Assembly: GCA_964521095.1 (NCBI GenBank)
Contig: CAZFPJ010000002.1
Location: forward strand, 215,108 to 268,995
Origin: an uncultured Candidatus Saccharibacteria bacterium
Lineage (GTDB): Bacteria > Patescibacteriota > Saccharimonadia > Saccharimonadales > 2-12-FULL-41-12
Length of the DNA: 53,888 nucleotides
Direction of reading: 5' to 3'
The notes under the pieces were generated by a model. It worked only from the letters and a program-made list of their open reading frames with translations, made no database searches and was not told the origin of the DNA. The position numbers and the translations under genes were made by a program. This document shows, in pieces, positions 28,453 through 38,333 of the stretch (its first letter is position 1; each line of letters opens with the position of its first letter).

Positions 28453-28926
28453 TTGGTGAGTATTGACCAACAATTTGTTGAATTTGTAGTAAAATCTCTG
28501 GTTAGCAATCCAGACGCAGTTAAGGTTGATCGACGGATCGACGAAAAGGGAGTTTTGTTAGAGCTAACTGTAGACCCAGAAGACCTAGGTCGAGTAATCG
28601 GTAAACGAGGTGCGACCGCTCAGAGCATCAGAACATTACTTCGAGCTCTTGGTACTAAAAACGAAGCTCGTTATAACATGAAGATTGTAGATAACGGCGA
28701 CCCAAGGCCCGAGCGAGCGGAGCGAAAGCAAGACGAATCTAGCAATGAAGAGCCTGCGCCACAAGAGGGTCAGACTGCAGTAACCGAGGGCGATAGCTAT
28801 GAAGACGCCTGGACAACTTCTTCCAGCGACAAGGACTCTAGCGATGAAGCTAGCGAGCCAGAAGAGAGCGATACTCTTGCTAAGACAAGGGCAGAGTTAG
28901 CCGATCTCGACGACCTAGATGTTTAA
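28453..28926 (+). CDS. KH-domain RNA-binding protein (YlqC-like) with long acidic tail
   Basis: The KH core is PEDLGRVIGKRGATAQSIRTLLRA. The start is TTG 28453 or, more likely, GTG 28456, which lies 6 nt after GGAGG. Confidence 0.7.
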   Translation: MVSIDQQFVEFVVKSLVSNPDAVKVDRRIDEKGVLLELTVDPEDLGRVIGKRGATAQSIRTLLRALGTKNEARYNMKIVDNGDPRPERAERKQDESSNEEPAPQEGQTAVTEGDSYEDAWTTSSSDKDSSDEASEPEESDTLAKTRAELADLDDLDV

Positions 28927-29065
28927 GGTTGTCTGAGTAAATACTGTGACAAGGGTTGTAGAGAAAAACCACATCTGCTACTATTAACTTAGTCGTTTTT
29001 CGACAAGAGAGAAGCTCGATTGCGAGTCAAGATCAAAAGATTTTGAGAGCTTTATGTGTTGAAGT

Positions 29066-29096
29066 AATCCCGCCGGAGTGCGGGATTGTTTTATTT
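29066..29096 (+). terminator. Intrinsic terminator
   Basis: An 8-bp stem, AATCCCGC/GCGGGATT, has loop CGGAGT and is followed by GTTTTATTT. Confidence 0.75.
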
Positions 29097-29126
29097 AGAG
29101 AGCTACCTCTGTTAGTATAAGTATAT

Positions 29127-29777
29127 ATGAAGCTGTTTTTTATTAGTTTATTTCCGGAGATGTTTGAATCTACTTTAGAAACAAGCATGCTATTCAAAGC
29201 CAAAGATAAAGGCATAGTTGAGTTTGAGTATATTAATCTGCGAGATTTTGGTTTAGGCCCAAGAAAACAAGTCGACGACACTCCCTATGGTGGTGGAGAT
29301 GGCATGCTACTCAAAGCAGAGCCTCTGGTTTCTGCCATTGAATTTGCGAAGAACAAAAGCCCAAGCGCAAAGGTTATCCTGATGACGCCACGAGGGGAGC
29401 GATATACACAAACAAGAGCCAAGAACTTGGCCGAGCAAAAGGAAGACCTAATATTTGTATGTGCTCGCTACGAGGGCTACGATGAACGAGTTGTTGAGTA
29501 TATTGACCAGCAGATTTCAATTGGAGACTATGTGTTGACCGGCGGAGAGCTCCCAGCTATGGTTGTCGCAGATAGTGTGGTGCGACTTATTCCGGGTGTG
29601 CTTGGTGGCGAGACCAGCGCCGAAATAGAGAGTTTTAGCGATGGACAAACACTTGAGTTTCCGCAATATACTAGGCCAGAAGAATTTCGTGGCAAGAAAG
29701 TGCCTGTCGTTTTGTTGAGTGGAGATCATGCAAAGATAGCCAAGTGGCGAGAGTCAAAACAAGAGTTGGCTAATTAA
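29127..29777 (+). CDS. trmD: tRNA (guanine37-N1)-methyltransferase TrmD
   Basis: Contains FPEMFES, DDTPYGGGDGMLL, CARYEGYDERV and SIGDYVLTGGELPAMV. Confidence 0.95.
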   Translation: MKLFFISLFPEMFESTLETSMLFKAKDKGIVEFEYINLRDFGLGPRKQVDDTPYGGGDGMLLKAEPLVSAIEFAKNKSPSAKVILMTPRGERYTQTRAKNLAEQKEDLIFVCARYEGYDERVVEYIDQQISIGDYVLTGGELPAMVVADSVVRLIPGVLGGETSAEIESFSDGQTLEFPQYTRPEEFRGKKVPVVLLSGDHAKIAKWRESKQELAN

Positions 29778-30766
29778 ATTCGGTTTGTTGTATGGTCGGA
29801 TTCGTCTACAATTTCTTGACCAATAATTTCTTCTATTAAGTCTTCGATAGTGATGATGCCAACTATGTTGTGGTTTTTTTCGACAGGCAGGAGATGGGTG
29901 TGACCGGATATAAATCGCTTAAACATTGTGTCGAGTGCTGTACGGCTACCTACTGCCTTGGTTGGGTATATCGGCAGCTCGTTTAATCGTCGGCTTTTTT
30001 CATCGAAATCTATATCTACAAGGTCTTTCATGCGCAATATGCCATGGCATTCTGACATAGACTTGTTGAAGATAGGTATTCTGCTGTAGTTGGCTTGCTT
30101 TATCTCGTCAATTTTTTTGCCGTCAATTATACTGTTTTCTTCTAACCAATAGACTTGCTTTATAGGAGTCATAATATCAGTAACTCTTTTTTCGCTAAGT
30201 TGCAGGGCTCCCTTTACAATCTCTACCTCGCTGTCGTCCAGTTCGCTGGACATCTCTTTGCCTAGGTGTTCGCTAATAATCATGCTGAGTTCGCGTCTGG
30301 TGTGCAAGCGATTTGCTTCATCGCTACCGTCGCCAAACAGTCGATCCATTATTATCTGCAGTGGCTTGGCGATTGGGTAGGTGATGAATATTAAGAGCTT
30401 TAACAGCCAGCTGAGTCGTCCACAAAATGACAGGGCTCTCCTGACAAAGAGCGCTTGAGGCATTAACTCGCTAAAGACGACCAATAACAGAGTGCTTGTT
30501 ATGCCTGCCACAAATCCGTTAAAGCGATCACCCAAAACAATTGCCGTTGCCGAGGCGAAACCAACATTTGCTAGCAATATGGCCGCCAGTGACAAGTGCG
30601 CATTTTTGCGCAAGGGTAATACATTTTTGGCATATTTGTTGCCTAGTTTAGCCTTGCGTCTCAGCTCGGCTGGATTGAGCGACATAATAGCAATATTTAG
30701 TCCAGAGCAGATAGCTGCTGAAGTAAGAAGTAGCAATACAATCAGAAAAGTCGCCCAAGATTCCAT
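29774..30766 (-). CDS. CNNM/DUF21 transmembrane domain plus CBS-pair protein (hemolysin-family / Mg-Co efflux-like)
   Basis: The N-terminal 4-TM DUF21 segment (FSELMPQALF) is followed by CBS repeats (VTDIMTPI..., ILRMKDLV..., IVGIITIEDLIEEIIG). Confidence 0.8.
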   Translation of the reverse strand: MESWATFLIVLLLLTSAAICSGLNIAIMSLNPAELRRKAKLGNKYAKNVLPLRKNAHLSLAAILLANVGFASATAIVLGDRFNGFVAGITSTLLLVVFSELMPQALFVRRALSFCGRLSWLLKLLIFITYPIAKPLQIIMDRLFGDGSDEANRLHTRRELSMIISEHLGKEMSSELDDSEVEIVKGALQLSEKRVTDIMTPIKQVYWLEENSIIDGKKIDEIKQANYSRIPIFNKSMSECHGILRMKDLVDIDFDEKSRRLNELPIYPTKAVGSRTALDTMFKRFISGHTHLLPVEKNHNIVGIITIEDLIEEIIGQEIVDESDHTTNRI

Positions 30767-30795
30767 GTAGTTAATCTATTATAGCAATGACTGGA

Positions 30796-32163
30796 CTATT
30801 TTATCCAAACTGTTTTAATATTCACAAACTCTTTGATGCCATGATGAGATAATTCGCGTCCATAACCAGACTTTTTGACACCACCAAAAGGCAAACGAGG
30901 ATCAGATTTTACCTGATTGTTAATAAATACAGCTCCACTCTCAATTTTGCTAGCAATTTTTTTAGCGTTTTCTATATTTTGACTAAATATGGTCGAGCCC
31001 AGGCCATACTCGTGGGAGTTTGCTAGTTTTATGGCTTCTGCCTGGTTTTTGGCAACGATAACAGGGATGCCTGGTCCAAAAACTTCTTCTTTAAATACTG
31101 GCATTTCGGGCGTTACTCCAGTAAGTACGGTTGGTGGGTAATAATAGCCTTGATCGTTATCGATCTTTCCGCCGATGGCGATTTTTGCCCCCATGGCGAC
31201 CGACTCTTTGACTTGTCTGTCAATGTCATCTAGCATTTGCTGGTTAGCCAAGGGCCCTATATCTGTGGATGGATCATTTGGGTCGCCCATTTTTAGCTTA
31301 CCTACAACAGCCACTAGTTCGTCGGTGAATTTGCTTGCAACATCTTCTGTAACAATAAACCGTTTAGCAGAGATACAACTTTGGCCAGCGTTGAATTGCA
31401 GACGGCCACTGACTGCACTTTGGGCTGCTAGGGTTAGATCGGCGTCTGGCATAACGATAAACGGGTCGCTCCCACCTAGCTCTAGGACGGTTTTTTTGAT
31501 TTCTTCGCCAGCTGTTTTGGCTACTTGGCTCCCGGCATATTCGCTACCCGTAAGAGTTATGGCTTTGACACGGCTATCGCGGATGACAGGTTCGACTTTG
31601 CTAGACCCAATAGCTAAGTTGGTGAATGCACCTTTTGGAAGACCAGCTTTAGTAAATACATCTTCTATGGCTTGAGCGCATAGCTGAACATTTGATGCAT
31701 GCTTGAGTAATCCCACATTGCCGGCCATTAAGGCGGGTGCTGCAAATCGAAAAACTTGCCAAAAAGGGAAGTTCCAAGGCATTACAGCCAATACAATACC
31801 AATAGGATCGTGCTGGACAAAACTTTCAGAGGCATCGGTTTTTATAACCTCTGGTTTCAAAAAGCCTTCTGCATTTTCGGCGTAATAGTCACAGGCTAGT
31901 GCTGACTTTTCGATCTCTGCTTCGCCAGCCGAAACAAGTTTGCCCATTTCGTCCGTCATGATTTGGGCGTATTTGGATTTGTTGCTTCTTAGTTCTTGTG
32001 CAACTTTTTTCATTAGTTTGGCTCGTTCATCAAAACTCGTCTCTCTCCATGACTCAAAAGTTGCCTGGGCCTGAGATAGTTTTTGCTCTATCTGGCTTTG
32101 GGATAGCTCGTCTTTTCTTGATATCTCAGCCTTAGTCGCAGGGTTAATAGATATTAGGGGCAT
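30796..32163 (-). CDS. NAD(P)-dependent succinate-semialdehyde dehydrogenase-like aldehyde dehydrogenase (YneI/Sad-like)
   Basis: It appears colinear with E. coli YneI as I remember it. Matching segments are ISINPAT, MPWNFPFWQV, LELGGSDPFIV, GQSCISAKRF, EEVFGP and FGGVKKSGYGRELS. Confidence 0.85.
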   Translation of the reverse strand: MPLISINPATKAEISRKDELSQSQIEQKLSQAQATFESWRETSFDERAKLMKKVAQELRSNKSKYAQIMTDEMGKLVSAGEAEIEKSALACDYYAENAEGFLKPEVIKTDASESFVQHDPIGIVLAVMPWNFPFWQVFRFAAPALMAGNVGLLKHASNVQLCAQAIEDVFTKAGLPKGAFTNLAIGSSKVEPVIRDSRVKAITLTGSEYAGSQVAKTAGEEIKKTVLELGGSDPFIVMPDADLTLAAQSAVSGRLQFNAGQSCISAKRFIVTEDVASKFTDELVAVVGKLKMGDPNDPSTDIGPLANQQMLDDIDRQVKESVAMGAKIAIGGKIDNDQGYYYPPTVLTGVTPEMPVFKEEVFGPGIPVIVAKNQAEAIKLANSHEYGLGSTIFSQNIENAKKIASKIESGAVFINNQVKSDPRLPFGGVKKSGYGRELSHHGIKEFVNIKTVWIK

Positions 32164-32165
32164 GG

Positions 32166-33794
32166 TTAATTTCTGGTCCTTTCCTCGAGGCTTTTAGAAG
32201 ATAGCAAATAGTTCTCACTATAGTCGATAGGTGTATCAATAAGGTGTATGCCTCCACTGGCCAAAGCTTCTTCGACTGTTTGCTTAAACTGCTCGGCAGT
32301 CTCTATACGGTGTCCGGTTACGCCAAAACTTTCTGCCAATGCAACAAAGTCGGGGTTTGAAAAGGAGAGCCCGAAATCTGCTAGACCCATGTCTTGTTGC
32401 TTCCACTTAATCATGCCGTAGCCAGCATCATTGAGGATAATGACTACCATGTCCAAACCAAGTCGTTTAGCGGTTTCGAGATCAGCGATATTCATCATTA
32501 TTCCACCATCGCCAGCTACAACTACAACCTTTTTGTCTGGGTTTATTAACTTGGCTGCCATGCCAGCTGGCAGGCCAGCACCCATAGTTGCTAGCGCGTT
32601 GTCTAGCAGTAGGGTATTTTGCTCTCTGGCCGCGTAATTGCGCGCTATCCAGAGTTTATACATGCCATTATCCAGCGACAAAAAGCCACTTTTAGGCACT
32701 AGCTCGCGCAGTTCTTTTACAAACCGCTGGGGTTTTATAGGAAAGCTCGAGGAATCGGTTTTTGTATCTATGTCGGCTTTTAGCAGATCTTTGAGCTTCA
32801 AAAAGGTTTCGAAATCCCATGCTTTGTTGGGCGTAATCTGCTCACTCATTGCCCAGAGCGAATGAGATATGTCGCCAATAACTTCTACCTGAGGTAGGTA
32901 CACGGCATCGATGTCTGCAGAATAGAAGTTGATGTGTACGATTTTTTTGTAAGCCAGGACAGGTGGTTTCTCTGTGATGTCGTGGCCGATCATTATCACT
33001 AGGTCAGCTTCACCAAGTGCTTGATGCACAAAGTCTTTGTCGCTCAGGGCGGCCGTCCCAATGTAAAGTGGGGAATCTTCGTTGATGACACCCTTGCCCA
33101 TCTGAGTTGCCACAAAGGGAATACCTGTTTTGTCTATAAAATTTTGTAATTGGTCATGAACCAATTTTCTGTTTGCTCCATTAGCGATAACTATAATCGG
33201 CTTTTTAGATTCCTCGATTGCGCTAACTACCGCGTCAATGCTTTTAGGGTCTGCGATTGGCCGGCGTACCTTTTTCCATGGCAATGGCGTAAGGTCGCTA
33301 GTTTCGTCGGCGATATCTTCGGGGAACTCTAGGTGTACGGCACCGGGTCTTTCTTTTTCGGCGGTACGAATTGCTTGGTGCACCATGCTCGGTATTCGGT
33401 CGGCACTAACAATTGTCTCGGTCATTTTTGTTATCGGCTTCATCATCCCAACCACATCGATAATCTGAAACTTGCCTTGTTTACTCTTCTTGATTGGTTT
33501 TTGGCCAGTTATAACAAGCAGAGGCATGCCCCCAAGTTGTGCATAGGCCACGCCAGTTACAAGATTTGTAGCCCCCGGTCCAAGAGTCGACAGGGCTACG
33601 CCAACTCGGCCGGTTAGTCGCCCTACTGTTGATGCCATAAAGACTGCAGTTTGTTCGTCGCGGGTAGTAATTAGTTCAATACTAGAGTCTTTAAGGGCTT
33701 CTACAAAAGCCAGGTTTTCTTCTCCTGGAACTCCAAACACATACTGCACTCCGGCGCTCTCTAAACTCTTTACAAAAAGGGTTGAAGCTTTCAA
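32166..33794 (-). CDS. Thiamine-diphosphate enzyme of the acetolactate synthase large-subunit family (AlsS or 2-oxoacid decarboxylase-like)
   Basis: Contains VFGVPGEENL, LGPGATNLVTG and the ThDP motif GDGGIMMNIADLETAKRLGLDMVVIILNDAGYG. Confidence 0.85.
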   Translation of the reverse strand: MKASTLFVKSLESAGVQYVFGVPGEENLAFVEALKDSSIELITTRDEQTAVFMASTVGRLTGRVGVALSTLGPGATNLVTGVAYAQLGGMPLLVITGQKPIKKSKQGKFQIIDVVGMMKPITKMTETIVSADRIPSMVHQAIRTAEKERPGAVHLEFPEDIADETSDLTPLPWKKVRRPIADPKSIDAVVSAIEESKKPIIVIANGANRKLVHDQLQNFIDKTGIPFVATQMGKGVINEDSPLYIGTAALSDKDFVHQALGEADLVIMIGHDITEKPPVLAYKKIVHINFYSADIDAVYLPQVEVIGDISHSLWAMSEQITPNKAWDFETFLKLKDLLKADIDTKTDSSSFPIKPQRFVKELRELVPKSGFLSLDNGMYKLWIARNYAAREQNTLLLDNALATMGAGLPAGMAAKLINPDKKVVVVAGDGGIMMNIADLETAKRLGLDMVVIILNDAGYGMIKWKQQDMGLADFGLSFSNPDFVALAESFGVTGHRIETAEQFKQTVEEALASGGIHLIDTPIDYSENYLLSSKSLEERTRN

Positions 33795-33816
33795 ATTTTA
33801 TCCTCCAATTTATTTT

Positions 33817-34419
33817 CTAATTAACTTTGCTTAGACGCTTTTCTACTTCGTTCCAGTCTACTACATTCCACCAAGCATCAATGTATTCTGGCCGTCTGTT
33901 TTGGTATTTTAGATAATAGGCATGCTCCCAGACATCTAGTCCTAGTATAGGGGTTTTACCATCAGAAATGGGGTTATCTTGATTAGCAGTAGAAGTTATT
34001 TGCAAAGTATTATTGTCGGTAACAAGCCAAGCCCAGCCCGACCCAAAGCGAGACACAGCCGTTTCGGTAAATTTGGTTTTAAAATTATCCAGACTACCAA
34101 AATTTGCGATAATTTTGCTTAGAAGCTGTTGGCTTGGTTGGCACCCACCGGGAGTCATGTTTTTCCAGAACAAGCTGTGATTGTAGTGTCCACCACCATT
34201 ATTTTGCACAGCAGTACGAACGGCTTCTGGCAGAGATTCGATATTTCGTACCAGATTGGCAATGTCTCTAGATAGTAACTCGTTCTGAGTTTCTAAAGCT
34301 GTGTTTAGCTTGTTTATGTAAGTTTGGTGATGCTTAGAATGGTGGATCTCCATGGTCTGGGAATCTATGTACGGCTCCAGAGCATCGTAGTCGTAGCCTA
34401 AATTTGGTAATGTAAACAT
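33817..34419 (-). CDS. sodA: Fe/Mn superoxide dismutase
   Basis: Contains [25 protein letters not shown] and [18 protein letters not shown]. Confidence 0.95.
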   Translation of the reverse strand: MFTLPNLGYDYDALEPYIDSQTMEIHHSKHHQTYINKLNTALETQNELLSRDIANLVRNIESLPEAVRTAVQNNGGGHYNHSLFWKNMTPGGCQPSQQLLSKIIANFGSLDNFKTKFTETAVSRFGSGWAWLVTDNNTLQITSTANQDNPISDGKTPILGLDVWEHAYYLKYQNRRPEYIDAWWNVVDWNEVEKRLSKVN

Positions 34420-34578
34420 AATTTTTATCTCCCCTCTGTTTACTACTATTATAACCTAGGTTTGCAAGAGAGTTTTGGCAGAGAGCGTGATCACTCAGAT
34501 TGCTTACTCAGCAAAAAAGCATAAGTAGCTTGTGCAATACCTCTGTTCTAGCGTACAATCAGAAGTAAGATTTTTCTT

Positions 34579-36147
34579 ATGATTAAGGCAAAGAACGAGA
34601 GTGGGTATACGATAGTAGAGTTGGTCATAGCTCTATTTGTTATAGCTATAGTAGCGCTTAGTACATTGCAACTGTTTACTGCCCTTGTTAATAGCGCTTT
34701 GGTGGCAAAGAAAAAATCTGTAGCCTTGTCTTTGGCGACTAATCAGATGGAGTATTTGAAGTCCTTGCCATACAATAATCTTGCTGTCGCTGGCGGGAGC
34801 ATCGTTGCCAACAATCCTTTGCCAGCTTCGGTAGACATTAATAACTCAGGGTTTAATTACAAGGTTGAGACAGCTATCAACTATTCCGATGACGCTTTTG
34901 ACGGCTGTGGTTCCTACCCTAACACGCAGTTAAAACAGCAGTACTGTAGAAATTATCCACCCCCGAGCAATATGGCTAGCGTCACAGATTCCAATGCCGC
35001 CGACTACAAGGTGGTTAATGTAAGAGTGAAGAGTCAAAGCGGTGATGTTCTGGCAGATATAGATACTCAAATTGCTGCTCGTGTTGCCGAGACAGCTAGC
35101 AATACAGGGGCAATGTTTGTGAAAGTCATAGACTCTAACGGCAACCCTATAATCGGGGCTACAGCTCATGTAGTAAATTCTACCACTACTCCATCTGTTG
35201 ATGTTAGCGATACCACAGACTCTAATGGGATGGCTATATTTTATGGTTTGCCACCAGATACAGGGGCGGATTATAGAGTGGATGCTAGTCTTTCGGGTTA
35301 CTCTAGTCTTAGTACAATCGCTTCATCAGGCTCTTTGGTTGCTACTTATCCTAATCTACAATTGCTGTCGCAGTCTTCTTCGTACTCGACTTTACAACTC
35401 AAGCCTATGACAGCCAATAGTCTGGTGGTTGAAGCTGTCGACACAAACGGCAATCCACTTGGGAATATGAGAATCTACATCAAGGGTGGCTACAAAAGAT
35501 ACACCAGTACCTCTAATACTGCTTATTACTACGATAACTTAACCCCGTCAGATAGCCGACTAGTAACCGATGGTGGTGGTTTGGGTGCAGTTAGCAATCT
35601 TGCGCCGGGGAGTTATTATTTCTGCGGGGATACTGGCTCAACTAGCTGTTCGGTTGGGGGTACTTCGTATTACTTGGTGTCTGCCTTGCCATATGTTGGC
35701 GCTAGTCCGTTTAGCCCAATACAAATTCCCACCTACATAGCTAGTTCACCACCGACAACCCTATTTAGCTATGCAGGTAGTGACTATATACAGAAAGTCC
35801 GATTGGTATTTGCCACAAGCAGTAGCGCTCCAAGAGTCAGTTCGGTTAGCCCCTATGAAGCAAACCAATCCTCGTCTAATATGAGCGCTTTCGATTTTCA
35901 GATCAAAGGTACTAATCTGCCCTGCAGTAGTAACCCGTCTTCTTGTGCAACTACAGTTAGGCTTTTGCAAGGTAGCTCTACTTATACCGCAAGCTGTACT
36001 GGTAATTTTTCGGGGGTTCAGCTAAATTGTACCGTTAACATATCTAGCGCATCTTTGGGTTGGACTTCATTACAGATATCTGCCAGTGGGCATACTGTAA
36101 CCATGCCAGCTTCACCACCATATGGAGGCATAAATGTTACGCCGTAA
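34579..36147 (+). CDS. Prepilin-type N-terminal domain protein with large extracellular region (CarboxypepD_reg-like and IPT/TIG-like segments)
   Basis: The class III signal is KNESG/YTIVELVIALFVIAIV. It also has VKVIDSNGNPIIGATAHV-type beta-sandwich segments and a C-terminal PRVSSVSP...FQIKGTNL. Confidence 0.7.
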   Translation: MIKAKNESGYTIVELVIALFVIAIVALSTLQLFTALVNSALVAKKKSVALSLATNQMEYLKSLPYNNLAVAGGSIVANNPLPASVDINNSGFNYKVETAINYSDDAFDGCGSYPNTQLKQQYCRNYPPPSNMASVTDSNAADYKVVNVRVKSQSGDVLADIDTQIAARVAETASNTGAMFVKVIDSNGNPIIGATAHVVNSTTTPSVDVSDTTDSNGMAIFYGLPPDTGADYRVDASLSGYSSLSTIASSGSLVATYPNLQLLSQSSSYSTLQLKPMTANSLVVEAVDTNGNPLGNMRIYIKGGYKRYTSTSNTAYYYDNLTPSDSRLVTDGGGLGAVSNLAPGSYYFCGDTGSTSCSVGGTSYYLVSALPYVGASPFSPIQIPTYIASSPPTTLFSYAGSDYIQKVRLVFATSSSAPRVSSVSPYEANQSSSNMSAFDFQIKGTNLPCSSNPSSCATTVRLLQGSSTYTASCTGNFSGVQLNCTVNISSASLGWTSLQISASGHTVTMPASPPYGGINVTP

Positions 36148-36733
36148 AGCCGAAGAGGGATTTACTATTATTGAAGTTGTAGTAGTGCTCGTTGTTACGG
36201 GTATTGTGTCTACGATATTTTTTACTTTTTTTACGACTACGATTAACCAGTATTTTATGTTGCAGGCCGACGGCCTATCTTTTGGGTCAATCTCTTCCCA
36301 GTCGCAACGCATAGCAACAGTTACCAGAGGGCTGACAGATATCAGTTATGCCGATGATTCAGAGTTAACTATGTATGCTTATTTTTCTCCTCGCGACGCT
36401 ACTGTGTCGCTAATTCGTTATTACAAGAGTTCGGATGGTAAAAAATTTCTTGCAGATGTAACTCCGATGACAGCCAACCCGCCAACCGGCACACCAATAA
36501 CCGCAGACAAAAAAACCTATACGATCATTGATCCATTCCATACACTATCTGGCGTTAATACTTTTTCATATTTTGATGGTGGCGGTACCAAATTATCGAC
36601 ACCGGTGACTAACAGAAACACCATACAGCAAGTCCAGATCAACTTAGTATCTCCTTCAAAAGCACCAACGCCAAGTGGGTACAACCTTATGACCGTTCAG
36701 GTATCGTTGCGCAACAGAAAGGTTAATTTATGA
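36134..36733 (+). CDS. Prepilin-type N-terminal cleavage/methylation domain protein (minor pilin)
   Basis: The class III signal is KAEEG/FTIIEVVVVLVVTGIV. Confidence 0.75.
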   Translation: MLRRKAEEGFTIIEVVVVLVVTGIVSTIFFTFFTTTINQYFMLQADGLSFGSISSQSQRIATVTRGLTDISYADDSELTMYAYFSPRDATVSLIRYYKSSDGKKFLADVTPMTANPPTGTPITADKKTYTIIDPFHTLSGVNTFSYFDGGGTKLSTPVTNRNTIQQVQINLVSPSKAPTPSGYNLMTVQVSLRNRKVNL

Positions 36734-38328
36734 AATTCGTTGAGCATAACAAAACTAACGAACAAGGATTTGCCTTGCCTATGGTTTTGAGTATTTTGGT
36801 AGCTCTGATAATAATTCTTAGTGCCGTGACACAGCTGGTGGCATCTAACCTTGGTCTCGCTGGCAACAATGTCAGTAGCCAAAAAGCTCTTAATATTGCC
36901 GAGGCAGGTGTTAATTATTATCTGTGGCACCTTAGCCACAACCCGACAGACTTCAAAGATGGTCAATCCACACCAGCCACGCCAGATCCCAATTTGGGGT
37001 ATGGGCCATATGTGCATAATTATGTAGATGCTCTCGGTTATAGCGTAGGCACTTATACTTTATGGATAAAGCCAGACTCTAGTGCGTCTACATCGGCTAC
37101 CGTTAGGTCAATTGGTAAAGACACAAAGTCTGGGTTTACTAGGACTATTCAGGCTCAAATTGGTGCCCCGTCTTTTGCCAGTTATGGTTTGGTGGCAGAT
37201 GTGCCAGTTTGGTTTGGCAATACAGAATCATCTCACGGGCCAATACACTCAAATATTGGAGTGCGCATGGATGGCTCTAGTGATTCGGTTGTATCTTCTG
37301 CCAATACTACATATGTACCTCCATCAAATCTCGGAGGCAACGGTTCTACCAGTCGTCCGGGTGTGTGGTGTGACACTAGTGTCACTACGCCAGTAAACTG
37401 CAATACTAGATCAAAAGCCGACTGGACCTACCCTCAGCCATCTATAGATTTTAATCAAGTTACCGGTAGCTTGTGTACTCTCAAAAAGCAGGCTTTTGCT
37501 AGTGACCCGGCTACGGCCTCTCTAGCGTCACTATCCAATGCTTGTACCAGGGTGCCAACTACTAGAACGGCTAGCTACTTGCCTCAACGCAGTACCAGTG
37601 GTAGCTATAGTTTGGGTAGGGGATATTTGGTGCAGTTAAACACCAATGGCACATATGATTTATACAATGTTAACTCCGAAAATGACACTCGTACGCCGTA
37701 TACCTCAGCACTATCGTTGTCGTCGGTTGCTACTGGTGTGTCCGTGCCAGCGAACGGAGTAATCTTTGCCGAAGATAATGTATGGGTTCGTACTAATCCA
37801 ACATTTCACGGCAGGGTTACTATAGGTGCTGGGCGACTTGCTTCGGCCAGTGTCAATGCCGAGATAGTTATTGCTGATGATGTTGTCTATTCAACCAAAA
37901 ACGGTGAAGATGCTATAGGGCTAATTGCAGAGAATGATATTACGATAGCTCCTTATGCGGTACCTACTTCTGGGGCGTTTAATTTTGAAGTTAACGGTGC
38001 ATTGCTTGCCCAGTCGGGGAGCGTTCTGTATCCGGGGTCGTATCGTTCGAATAGTTGGGACTGCACACGAGGTTGGACAAACAGCAATCAGACCTTTAGT
38101 TTTTATGGGTCAGTTGCAACTAGGCAGACCTGGACTTGGTCGTGGCTCAACGGTTATTCTCAGTGTGGCGATGCTTCTAGAGACCCAATAACTAACAGAT
38201 ATATCTCAGGATTTCTAAATAACTCAACTCAGTATGACTACAATCTCAAATACTCTCCGCCTCCGAGCTACCCAGTAACTAGTACTTACAATATTTTGTC
38301 TTGGCGCGAGATTATAACTAGACCGTAG
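36730..38328 (+). CDS. PilX-like / minor pseudopilin-like protein lacking Glu5
   Basis: The N-terminus is NEQG/FALPMVLSILVALIIIL, followed by a large Ser/Thr/Gly-rich extracellular domain. It is translationally coupled to the preceding pilin genes. Confidence 0.6.
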   Translation: MKFVEHNKTNEQGFALPMVLSILVALIIILSAVTQLVASNLGLAGNNVSSQKALNIAEAGVNYYLWHLSHNPTDFKDGQSTPATPDPNLGYGPYVHNYVDALGYSVGTYTLWIKPDSSASTSATVRSIGKDTKSGFTRTIQAQIGAPSFASYGLVADVPVWFGNTESSHGPIHSNIGVRMDGSSDSVVSSANTTYVPPSNLGGNGSTSRPGVWCDTSVTTPVNCNTRSKADWTYPQPSIDFNQVTGSLCTLKKQAFASDPATASLASLSNACTRVPTTRTASYLPQRSTSGSYSLGRGYLVQLNTNGTYDLYNVNSENDTRTPYTSALSLSSVATGVSVPANGVIFAEDNVWVRTNPTFHGRVTIGAGRLASASVNAEIVIADDVVYSTKNGEDAIGLIAENDITIAPYAVPTSGAFNFEVNGALLAQSGSVLYPGSYRSNSWDCTRGWTNSNQTFSFYGSVATRQTWTWSWLNGYSQCGDASRDPITNRYISGFLNNSTQYDYNLKYSPPPSYPVTSTYNILSWREIITRP

Positions 38329-38333
38329 GGAAC

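Noticed and set aside
28927-29065. A possible rimM remnant in the gap between the KH-protein gene and trmD.
   Set aside because: The gap is only about 200 nt with no ORF. It contains only small hairpins and a terminator.
31175-33617. Long antisense ORFs inside the aldehyde dehydrogenase and ThDP-enzyme genes (31175-31675, 32431-32865, 33150-33617). There are many similar antisense or out-of-frame ORFs inside ligA, leuS, copB, typA, the MFS gene and others.
   Set aside because: The sense-strand genes have strong family signatures over their full length. The antisense products are low-complexity (Ser/Ala/Pro/Leu-rich) with no motifs or start signals.
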